Source of the DNA: an uncultured Gammaproteobacteria bacterium | GTDB taxonomy: Bacteria > Patescibacteriota > Patescibacteriia > 2-12-FULL-60-25 | Reading direction: 5' to 3' | Length of the DNA stretch: 27,524 bases | Assembly: GCA_964360885.1 (NCBI GenBank) | Contig: CAYHYU010000002.1 | Span: 1-27,524 of the forward strand | Shown here: positions 16,500 to 24,654 of the stretch, piece by piece | Position numbering within the stretch: position 1 is the stretch's first letter | Layout of the letters: each line of letters starts with the position of its first letter | The notes under the pieces: model-generated | Seen by the model: the letters and a program-made list of their open reading frames with translations, nothing else | The model's database searches: none | Told to the model about the DNA's origin: nothing | Position numbers and translations under genes: made by a program

Positions 16500-18260
16500 T
16501 TATAGCAGATAGAGCAGATGGCCGCCAATAGGAATGGGATCGCCTTTGATTGCCCATGCCTTCCGCTCATCCGAACTCAACAGAGCGTCAGAGACGAAAT
16601 AATCGACGCGATACGCATGCAATTGATCGAGAGCGTTCTGTTGCAGGAAAACACGATACCGTGGCTCGAGCACATCAATCTGACGGAGGAGCCAATCGTC
16701 AACGCCTGTCATAAAGATGGTTTTCCAATCATCAAAAAATGAACTGCGCACGAGATTAGGATGCGAGAGGAGATAGGAACGAACATTCGCCGACGTTACA
16801 CCTTGTAAACGCAGATGAAGGAAAAAATTGTGTGCGATTCGATCTTCCGGAACGCCAGAGAAAACCCACGAGGAGATGTACGTGTTGCAATGCGTGAAGG
16901 CAGGAATGAAGCGTGCGAGATGTTCGACAGGTTCCTTCACGAGCACGACACAATCCGGCGAGGCGTTTCGATTCAACCAATCAAAAAGCTCCGCATCCGC
17001 TTGCCGCTTCTTGAAATCCGGCAATACGGACTGATGCGTCACCGCCGCGGCTCCCGCCTGCAGAATGACGAAGAGGAGGAACGCGCCGCATGCGGCGCCG
17101 ACGGCTCTGGACCAACGCGCGCCGACGGCGCGGATGAGAATCACGATCACGACGATCATCGCGAATGGTTTGGTGTATTGCACGAAGTGGTACGGCCAAA
17201 TTTCACGTCCGGTGACGATCTGTTGGTTGAGCGCGAGAAGCCCGCCGAGAAGCAACGATGCGGACACGATCCACCACGGTTCGCGCGTGAGTTCACGCCA
17301 CGAGGTACCACGACGGACGAGATACGCGCTCGCGAGCAAAAAGAGTATGAGCGCGGCGAGGAGCGTTTTATTTAACAGCGGCGCGTGCGTGAAAAACATC
17401 CCGTTCCGAAGCGCAAGCGCTCTCCCCACCTCCCCGCCGACGGAACGGAACGTGGAGATCCAGTACGGCGCACTCACGATGAAGCTCGTGCCGACGACGA
17501 TCGCGACCTGTTTTACGCGCCGCCAATCTTTCTGCGCGAGAAAGATCGCGCCGAGAACCGCCGTGACCGAGATGAGTACGCCCCAACTAAAAAAATAAAA
17601 CACCGACGCTCCGAGCAGGATGCCGGCGAGAACTCCGACCCAAAGACGCCGCTCCTCAAGCGCTTTCCAAAGCAGGTTCAGGTATCCAAAGACGAGAAGT
17701 GCGCCTAAGATCGGATTCACAGGCCGCGTCCAGAGGGATACACGCACGCCGATATCTTGGCCGTGCAAAAGGCTCCAAATATCCTGAATGCTCAAGAGAT
17801 CATATCCGAGCGTCACGAGCAATCCGCCCGCGATCGCTCCGAGCGTCTGAAGACGAGGCGGTTCCGACGTAAGAAGTCGCCGAAGGAACGCATAGATGAG
17901 AAGGAACAACAATGCTGGAAATAAAAACTTCGCGAGCACGAGCGTCTGCGCGAGCACGAGTCCGGTGGCGCGTGAGAGTCCGACGTAGACGTATTCACCA
18001 ATCGGCGGAAGAAGCGCGCGATCGTTTTTATATTCGTAAAAAAATGCGGACCCGACGGACGGGTGCCCGTCCACGATCTCCTGCATGCGCGCGAGGTAGA
18101 TGTCCTCGTCGTCGGTGTACATGAACGGGATGTCCCGATACGCCGAGCCGATGGATCGAACGGCGAGGAGATGCGGAGTGACCGAAAGAACGCCGACGAC
18201 GATCGCGAGAACGAGAGCCGCTCGATGTCGATGGAGATTAATCTTTGCGAGCCACGACAT
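16500..18260 (-). CDS. Polytopic membrane protein, GT-C-like (586 aa)
   Basis: N-terminal TM followed by an acidic loop motif YTDDEDIYLARM, about 10 or more TM segments, and a soluble C-terminal domain. Confidence 0.7.
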   Translation of the reverse strand: MSWLAKINLHRHRAALVLAIVVGVLSVTPHLLAVRSIGSAYRDIPFMYTDDEDIYLARMQEIVDGHPSVGSAFFYEYKNDRALLPPIGEYVYVGLSRATGLVLAQTLVLAKFLFPALLFLLIYAFLRRLLTSEPPRLQTLGAIAGGLLVTLGYDLLSIQDIWSLLHGQDIGVRVSLWTRPVNPILGALLVFGYLNLLWKALEERRLWVGVLAGILLGASVFYFFSWGVLISVTAVLGAIFLAQKDWRRVKQVAIVVGTSFIVSAPYWISTFRSVGGEVGRALALRNGMFFTHAPLLNKTLLAALILFLLASAYLVRRGTSWRELTREPWWIVSASLLLGGLLALNQQIVTGREIWPYHFVQYTKPFAMIVVIVILIRAVGARWSRAVGAACGAFLLFVILQAGAAAVTHQSVLPDFKKRQADAELFDWLNRNASPDCVVLVKEPVEHLARFIPAFTHCNTYISSWVFSGVPEDRIAHNFFLHLRLQGVTSANVRSYLLSHPNLVRSSFFDDWKTIFMTGVDDWLLRQIDVLEPRYRVFLQQNALDQLHAYRVDYFVSDALLSSDERKAWAIKGDPIPIGGHLLYLL

Positions 18261-19047
18261 AAATGGTTGCCGCGATGGTTTCAGCGCCCGGCAAGCGCGC
18301 GAGAAGATAATCCAGGTACTTCAACGGATGCAGGACGATCATGAACACATAGTTCAGGAATTTGCGCAGCGGGGAAATCCCGAATGAGAAGAGAAGAGAG
18401 AGCCACGAGGCGAACACCGTCAGCATGCCGGACGTCGGACCCATGGCCACGCCCTGCTCGACAATGCGGCATCCCGGCAAGAGACGCGAAACGCCCTCAG
18501 TGCTCCAGCGCGCGTAATCTTTCGGCGACGGGTGAAGCGGATAGACAAATGGGACGCCGATATAGATCCAACCGCCCGACTTCGTCACGCGCAGGAGTTC
18601 TCGCATGACCTCATGCGGATCTTTGACATGCTCAAGGACCTGATCGCATATCGCGACATCAAATGCGCTGTCGACAAAAGGCAGGCGCTCGGCCGCGGCG
18701 AGGACGTCGACGTTGGGGAAGGGAAAAATGTCCACGGTGACCACGGACGGATGAAGGCGCGTATGGCCCGATCCGATATCCACGATCCGCTCCGATCCGA
18801 CAAACCGGCGCATAAACGCATTCGCGGTCAGTCCGGTGAACAGGATCGGCGAGACACACAACGCAAGACGATCATAAAAGCGCGGCCAGCGTTTGAAAAA
18901 ATTCTTAAACGCGTTTTCTCGATCGCTCGCCATGTCCGCCTCCGCAAGACGCCGCTCGTCCTCGAAAAGAAAATCCGGAACGCCAGACGTCGACCGAAGC
19001 GGAGGAAGGGCGAAGAGATCTTTTAGGCGTTCAGCATCCATAGACAT
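18238..19047 (-). CDS. Class I SAM-dependent methyltransferase (type 11)
   Basis: Likely start MSMDAERL at 19047, 1 nt after the upstream stop. IVDIGSG, DVLAAAERLPFVDSAFD, QVLEHVKDP, VPFVYPLH..PKDYARW. Confidence 0.88.
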   Translation of the reverse strand: MSMDAERLKDLFALPPLRSTSGVPDFLFEDERRLAEADMASDRENAFKNFFKRWPRFYDRLALCVSPILFTGLTANAFMRRFVGSERIVDIGSGHTRLHPSVVTVDIFPFPNVDVLAAAERLPFVDSAFDVAICDQVLEHVKDPHEVMRELLRVTKSGGWIYIGVPFVYPLHPSPKDYARWSTEGVSRLLPGCRIVEQGVAMGPTSGMLTVFASWLSLLFSFGISPLRKFLNYVFMIVLHPLKYLDYLLARLPGAETIAATIYVVARKD

Positions 19048-19048
19048 C

Positions 19049-20029
19049 TTACGAAGACAACCAACCAAACCCGCGCCAGCTGTTATTGTACCGGCGCGTG
19101 ATCACAGCGTCCCGGAGATGCGCCGACGCGAACCACTTCCGGAACTCCTCTTCACGGATATAAAACGCGATCTCCGGAATCAGGTGGTCGAGCACGATGC
19201 AAAAAATTTCACGAAAGGAGTAGCATGAGATGGAACACAGGTATTCTCCGTACGGCAGCCACTTTTTGAATCGCGAAGACGCGAGGGGGAGATAGATGAT
19301 TTTCAGAACGGCGTAGAGAATGACAGTCAGGACGAAGGCGATGGTTTTTGTGACTGGAACCGGCAGGAACGACGTGATTCGGCGGATGGGATTCAGCAGG
19401 TAGATGATCCATCCATTTCCTTCGCGTCCGTACACCCAAGCGGACACCGAACCGCCTGGCGCGACCTTGTTGACCATGCACTGGAAGGACCGCGCCGGAT
19501 CCGGGGTGTGATGGAGAACGCCGATGGAATAGGCATAGTCGAACGCGGGCGTGAGCGGCAGATTGTAGACATCCGCTTGAATGATGTGGACGCCGGGCAG
19601 TCGGCCGACATTGCGGAAGGCGGCGTCAACGGCATGCGAGAGATCGACGCCCACGACCGTCTTCGCCCCGAAACGCTGCGCCTGAAGCACGTGCCGCCCC
19701 TTGCCGCACCCGACGTCAAGAACGGTTTTATCTCGGAAGTGTTCCGGGCGGACGGGTTCGATCCAGCTCAAAAACTGCTTTTCATATTCGTCCGTCATCA
19801 TGGAAAACTGGTTCCATTCCTCGCCGAAACGGAAGGCCGTCTCCCAATTTCGCGGATCCACGGATCGCGGCAGGAGCCGCGGCACGCCGCGCACGATTGG
19901 ATATGTGCGGCACGCGCACGCGAGCGTTCCTTCGAGAATTTCGTCCGGAGCCGTATCGGAATCCGCGGTGAGAGAAAATGCGCCGCGGCATTCCGGGCAT
20001 TCCAAAAAATCCAAGAGACTCGGTTTCAT
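19049..20029 (-). CDS. SAM-dependent methyltransferase with N-terminal Trm112-like Zn-ribbon
   Basis: LLDFLECPECRGAF...LEGTLACACRTYPIVRGVPRLL, then VLDVGCGKGRH, YSIGVLHHTPDP. Confidence 0.9.
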   Translation of the reverse strand: MKPSLLDFLECPECRGAFSLTADSDTAPDEILEGTLACACRTYPIVRGVPRLLPRSVDPRNWETAFRFGEEWNQFSMMTDEYEKQFLSWIEPVRPEHFRDKTVLDVGCGKGRHVLQAQRFGAKTVVGVDLSHAVDAAFRNVGRLPGVHIIQADVYNLPLTPAFDYAYSIGVLHHTPDPARSFQCMVNKVAPGGSVSAWVYGREGNGWIIYLLNPIRRITSFLPVPVTKTIAFVLTVILYAVLKIIYLPLASSRFKKWLPYGEYLCSISCYSFREIFCIVLDHLIPEIAFYIREEEFRKWFASAHLRDAVITRRYNNSWRGFGWLSS

Positions 20030-20032
20030 GTC

Positions 20033-20995
20033 TTACGGCAGATTGATTTTCTCACGAATGACGTAGGCGCGCGAACCCTTGGATTCGTAATACGTCCGCA
20101 TGAGGACTTCCGCGATCAGGCCGAACAGGATGAATTGGACGCCGACCACGACGAACATGGCGCCGACCGTGGGCAGAGGCGTCTGCACGAGATGGATTCC
20201 GTAGAACCGGAGCACCACCGCGGCGAGCTCGGCGAGGAAGCCGATCCCAAGCGAGACGAATCCGAGCGCGCCGAAAAAATGCATCGGCTTATTGAAATAG
20301 CCGGTGAGAAATTTTACGACGAGCAGATCAAGCAAGACCTTGAACACGCGCGAGAGACCGTACTTGGATTTCCCGAAACGCCGTGCGCGATGGTTGATGA
20401 TAATCTCCGTGACGCGCGCGCCGCTCCATGCCGCATAGGCCGGAATAAAACGATGCATTTCGCCGTAGAGTTCGATGTCCTGAATGATCTCTCGCCGGTA
20501 GGCCTTCAAACTGCACCCGTAATCATGCAGAGCAACGCCGGTGAGCCATGAGATCAGGGCGTTTGCCATCCATGATGGGATCTTGCGGGTCAAAAATTCG
20601 TCCTTCCGATCTTTGCGCCAACCGGACACGCAGGAGTATCCCTCGCGGATTTTTTCGAGAAACAGCGTAATATCCGCGGGATCGTTTTGCAAATCAGCGT
20701 CCATGGGAATGATCACGTCGCCCGTTGCGAGCTTGATGCCGCAGGACATCGCGGCGGTCTGCCCGAAGTTTCGCTTGAAGACGATGCCCTTGAACCGACG
20801 GTCTTCGCGGCACAGCGCCGAGATGATTTCCGGACTGCCGTCCGTGGATCCATCGTCAACCAAAAGAAACTCCATCTCGAGTTGAGGAAGTTTGACGGCG
20901 ACCGCCTTAAGCTCTTCGGCGAGGATGGGCAGGCTTTCCTTCTCGTTATAGGCCGGTAAAACCACGGAAATCTTCCGGATGGGGTCGGATTGCAT
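20033..20995 (-). CDS. GT2 polyprenyl-phosphate glycosyltransferase (DPM1/ArnC/GtrB-like) with two C-terminal TM helices
   Basis: SVVLPAYNEKESL, VDDGSTDGS, RNFGQTAA, MDADLQNDPAD, GWRKDR, DYGCSLKAYRR, EMHRFIP. Confidence 0.95.
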   Translation of the reverse strand: MQSDPIRKISVVLPAYNEKESLPILAEELKAVAVKLPQLEMEFLLVDDGSTDGSPEIISALCREDRRFKGIVFKRNFGQTAAMSCGIKLATGDVIIPMDADLQNDPADITLFLEKIREGYSCVSGWRKDRKDEFLTRKIPSWMANALISWLTGVALHDYGCSLKAYRREIIQDIELYGEMHRFIPAYAAWSGARVTEIIINHRARRFGKSKYGLSRVFKVLLDLLVVKFLTGYFNKPMHFFGALGFVSLGIGFLAELAAVVLRFYGIHLVQTPLPTVGAMFVVVGVQFILFGLIAEVLMRTYYESKGSRAYVIREKINLP

Positions 20996-21013
20996 ATCCG
21001 ATATGTACCAAAT

Positions 21014-21042
21014 TTGGACAAAAAATGCCAGTAGACTACCCT
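21014..21042 (+). promoter_or_regulatory. Putative sigma70 promoter TTGGAC-17-TACCCT, 6 nt before ATG 21049
   Basis: TTGGAC aaaaaatgccagtagac TACCCT tgtggc ATG. The -10 hexamer is identical to the one upstream of neuA. Confidence 0.45.
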
Positions 21043-21048
21043 TGTGGC

Positions 21049-21783
21049 ATGGAACGGCACAGCTATGCCGATATGGAGGCGCTTCAGGCGACGAACTGGT
21101 GGTATGTCGCGAAGCGCGAACTCATCAAACGCTTGATTGAAAAGACGCATCGCGTCTTTTCACGCGTGTTGGATATGGGGTGCGGCGTCGGCTCGAATGC
21201 CTCAGCGCTTCTCGCGCCGGGACGAGACGTCGTGGGATTGGACGCGTCCGATGACGCCTTGGAACGCTGTCGGCGAACCGGGATGTACCGCGAACTCATC
21301 CGTTCGGAAGCCGAGAATATCCCGCTCCCCGATTCGAGTCTCGATCTCATCTTGGCCGCGGACGTTCTCGAGCATGTGGATGACGAACGCGCGCTCGCGG
21401 AAATCCACCGAACGCTTTCGCCGGGAGGACTGTTGCTTGTGACCGTTCCCGCGCATCGGTGGCTCTGGAATTGGAACGATGACTACAGCCACCACCTGAG
21501 ACGGTATGCGAAGCGCGAGCTCATGGACCGGCTGTCGCAAGCGGGCTTCCGTGTGCGCAAGATGAGCTATTGGAATGCGTTTTCCGTGTTGCCGGTCCTC
21601 GTCGTCTCGCGTCTTCAGCGCATGAAGCCGAAGCCCGAACAGCTCGAAAACAATCTGAACAGCGTTCCGGGTCCGTTGAATTCTTTTTTCCTGATGCTCT
21701 TGCGGCTTGAAAACGCCTTTGTCCTGCGCACGGGCATTCCGTTCGGGGTGTCGCTCGTCGCCGTCGCGGAAAAATCCCGTTAA
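21049..21783 (+). CDS. Class I SAM-dependent methyltransferase (type 11)
   Basis: NWWYVAKR, VLDMGCGVG, ADVLEHVDD, VPAHRWLWNWNDDYSHHLRRY. Start is 21049 (alternative 21025). Confidence 0.9.
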   Translation: MERHSYADMEALQATNWWYVAKRELIKRLIEKTHRVFSRVLDMGCGVGSNASALLAPGRDVVGLDASDDALERCRRTGMYRELIRSEAENIPLPDSSLDLILAADVLEHVDDERALAEIHRTLSPGGLLLVTVPAHRWLWNWNDDYSHHLRRYAKRELMDRLSQAGFRVRKMSYWNAFSVLPVLVVSRLQRMKPKPEQLENNLNSVPGPLNSFFLMLLRLENAFVLRTGIPFGVSLVAVAEKSR

Positions 21784-23666
21784 GGATTTTGAAACCAGCG
21801 CTGGTACCAGAGCTGGAACATGAATAACGCCCAGAGCTCCTTCCGGCAATCCGTTTTGCGAGAGAGGTGTTCGGCGACGAGACGCGAAACGGCGGACGGA
21901 TCAAAGAGACCTTGGCGTTCGAGAAACGCCGGATCGATCGCTTCTCGCAGTTTTGGAAGTAATGGCCCGCGTAGCCATTCCGAGATCGGGATCGCGAAGC
22001 CGTGTTTCTTTCGATCAAGAACGTCATTCGGGATGCGTCCGCGCAAAAGTTCTTTAAAGAGCCGTTTTTCTTTCCATGCGCCGAGCTTGTATGACGACGG
22101 AGCGCGCAAAAGATATTCGACGACGCGCGTGTCGAGAAGCGGCGCTCGCGACTCGAGCGCAAACCGCATCGTTGCACGATCCACCTTCACGAGCACTTCG
22201 TCCATGAGAAATGTCCGAAGATACGCCCAACTCCATTGTTTCCAAAATGATGCGTCACTCCCCGCCTCTCTCGCGCGTGATGCGAGATCGTGTTCCGCAC
22301 GAGAAATGTCGGCTTGCGCGGCGATTTCGGGACGCAGGAGACTTGAAAGCGTGTTCGACGTGAATGCACCACGCCACGCGACATCTCGCGCCCACGGATC
22401 CGCGATCCCGAGCCCGCGCGCGAGGCGCTGGGCTTTGAATCCGAAACTGAAATATCCGTCGCCAGACGGAATGTGATTCAGGAGCGGAGCGACGAGCCAC
22501 GAGCTATGAGCGACAAGCTGGCGATGCTTTTCAATAAAAAAATGGGCTGGCACATGCTGATATCCCAAGAGAAGCTCGTCGCCGCCATCGCCCGAAAGCG
22601 CGACAGTAACGTGCTGACGCGTGAAGCGCGAAAGAAGGAGCTGCGGGAGGATCGAGGGATCCGCGAGCGGCTCGTCGAACGTCTGCGCCGCTTCGTCAAT
22701 CATCGCGAGAGCGTCGTTCATCGTAAGGACGTCTTCGTGATGTTCGAGGCTGAGCGCCTTCGCGACGAGACGAGCCGCCGGCCGCTCGTCATGCGTCGCA
22801 TCTTCAAATCCGATCGTGAACGCTTTGATCGGGCGTGATGACTGGCGCGCCGCGCTTTCGGCGACGACGGCCGAATCGATTCCACCGGAGAGGAAAAGAC
22901 CCAGCGGCACATCCGCGACGAGACGATCGCGAACCGCGTCGTCGATACGGGATCGCAGTCCCTCCAGAAGCGACTTTCGACTTTCGACGTTCGACTCCCC
23001 CTCCGGACACGTCCAGAACGACCACGCCTTTTCGATCTTGCCGTTCGACCATGCAAGCGCCGTTGCGGGTTCAAGTTTGTTCACGCCGGAAAAAATCGTT
23101 CGCGGCGTCGGGACGGCATCAGTACGAAAATACAGGCCGAGCGAGACAGGATCGATCTCGCGCGTGACCACGTTCGCGGCAAGCAAGCCCTTCAGCTCTG
23201 ATGCGAACCACAGCGTTCCGTCCCGGACGGTCCAGTGCAGCGGTTTTTTGCCGAGCCGATCCCGCGCGAGCACGAGACGCTGACGCGACGCATCCCAAAT
23301 CGCGATCGCGAACATGCCGTTCAATCTCGCAAAGCACTCATCGCCCCACTCTTCATAGGCGTGCACGATCACTTCCGTGTCCGACTTTGTCGTGAATCGA
23401 TGACCGAGACGCGCAAGGTCGTCTCGAACTGACAAAAATCCGTAGATCTCGCCGTTCAGCATCGCCCACACGGTGCCGTCCTCGTTCGAAAGCGGCTGAT
23501 GTCCTCCGGCGACGTCGATGATGCTCAAGCGCCGAAATGCGAACCCGACACGCGGCGCCTCATAAAATCCCTCATCTTCCGGACCGCGACGCGAAATCGC
23601 CGCGCTCATCCGTTCGAGCGCCGTTCGAGATCCTCCGCTCCCGACAAAGCCGGCAATACCGCACAT
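21780..23666 (-). CDS. asnB: Asparagine synthase (glutamine-hydrolysing)-family amidotransferase, probably glycan-modifying
   Basis: True start MCGIAGF at 23666 (N-terminal catalytic Cys). FRRLSIID, NGEIY, ARDRLGKKPL, LSGGIDS PP-loop, SGDGGDEL, KVDRATM..ALESRAPLLD. Confidence 0.93.
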   Translation of the reverse strand: MCGIAGFVGSGGSRTALERMSAAISRRGPEDEGFYEAPRVGFAFRRLSIIDVAGGHQPLSNEDGTVWAMLNGEIYGFLSVRDDLARLGHRFTTKSDTEVIVHAYEEWGDECFARLNGMFAIAIWDASRQRLVLARDRLGKKPLHWTVRDGTLWFASELKGLLAANVVTREIDPVSLGLYFRTDAVPTPRTIFSGVNKLEPATALAWSNGKIEKAWSFWTCPEGESNVESRKSLLEGLRSRIDDAVRDRLVADVPLGLFLSGGIDSAVVAESAARQSSRPIKAFTIGFEDATHDERPAARLVAKALSLEHHEDVLTMNDALAMIDEAAQTFDEPLADPSILPQLLLSRFTRQHVTVALSGDGGDELLLGYQHVPAHFFIEKHRQLVAHSSWLVAPLLNHIPSGDGYFSFGFKAQRLARGLGIADPWARDVAWRGAFTSNTLSSLLRPEIAAQADISRAEHDLASRAREAGSDASFWKQWSWAYLRTFLMDEVLVKVDRATMRFALESRAPLLDTRVVEYLLRAPSSYKLGAWKEKRLFKELLRGRIPNDVLDRKKHGFAIPISEWLRGPLLPKLREAIDPAFLERQGLFDPSAVSRLVAEHLSRKTDCRKELWALFMFQLWYQRWFQNP

Positions 23667-23668
23667 AT

Positions 23669-24613
23669 TTACCCTGAGCGAGCTTCGCGAGTCGAAGGGT
23701 CTTTCTCCCCCGTCACGATGAGTCCCCACGCCCATCGTTCTCCCATCCATTTTTTGACGGACATCGGAAAATATCTAAAAAACGGAAACTTTGCCATCGG
23801 CCATCCATCAACTTCATGCGGGATATAAAACGGCCACGCCCGCACGTTTGTGTATCCAGCTGCTTCGTACATCCGAGTCGCCTCGCTCGGCGAATAGACC
23901 TTCGTGAGCATGTTCCCGCCTTTCGGCGCGCCGTCCGTGTAGCGCGAGACGATCGCGGTCGTGTTGCCGCGAGTCGAAAGCAGTTTGCCGCACAGAATCC
24001 CGCGCAAAAAAATAAAATTGAACCAGTATGTCCACGACGATTTGTTGTACATGTACGCGAGCATCTTTCCTCCAGGCTTCAAAACGCGATTGATCTGACG
24101 AAGCGCGCGCTCCGTGTCCGGCATGTGCATGACGCACCCCCACGCGAGAACATAGTCGAACGTCGCGTCCGGAAATGACATCTCCTGCGCATCCATCTGC
24201 TGGACAGTGACGTTCACGCCTCTGACCTCCGCGTGGCGCTTCGTCATGCGAATCGCCTCTTCCGTGAGATCGATTCCTGTCACCTCCGCGCCCGCTTTTG
24301 CGAGTGTCACGCTCGACCATCCGGACCCTACGGCGATGTCGAGAACTTTTTTACCGCGAATGTCCGCGTATGGAACAAGATTCGAGAGGAGCGGCGCGCC
24401 TTCCGCCTGACCGGATGTTCCGTATTGTTTCCGCATCTTGCGATCGACTTCTCGAAAAAAATGTTCATCAAGCTCTTGCACACGCCCCGTGATGTCATAA
24501 TCCCCTTCTTGCGCCGCAAGTCCGAGCGTAAACGGATGGTCGTTCCACCACGACTGCACGCGTTTCGTGTATTCTTTCGCGTCTTCCGGACGCATCGTTT
24601 TTGTCGGTTGCAT
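23669..24613 (-). CDS. Class I SAM-dependent methyltransferase (type 11)
   Basis: VLDIAVGSGW, GIDLTEEAI, DAQEMSFPDATFDYV, GCVMHMPD, RVLKPGG. Confidence 0.9.
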   Translation of the reverse strand: MQPTKTMRPEDAKEYTKRVQSWWNDHPFTLGLAAQEGDYDITGRVQELDEHFFREVDRKMRKQYGTSGQAEGAPLLSNLVPYADIRGKKVLDIAVGSGWSSVTLAKAGAEVTGIDLTEEAIRMTKRHAEVRGVNVTVQQMDAQEMSFPDATFDYVLAWGCVMHMPDTERALRQINRVLKPGGKMLAYMYNKSSWTYWFNFIFLRGILCGKLLSTRGNTTAIVSRYTDGAPKGGNMLTKVYSPSEATRMYEAAGYTNVRAWPFYIPHEVDGWPMAKFPFFRYFPMSVKKWMGERWAWGLIVTGEKDPSTREARSG

Positions 24614-24622
24614 GGTCGCGTC

Positions 24623-24651
24623 AGCTTATCAACGCACGAGACCGACGGCAA
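24623..24651 (-). promoter_or_regulatory. Putative sigma70 promoter TTGCCG-17-TAAGCT (extended -10 TGn), 9 nt before ATG 24613
   Basis: Minus strand reads TTGCCG tcggtctcgtgcgttga TAAGCT gacgcgacc ATG. Confidence 0.6.
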
Positions 24652-24654
24652 GGG

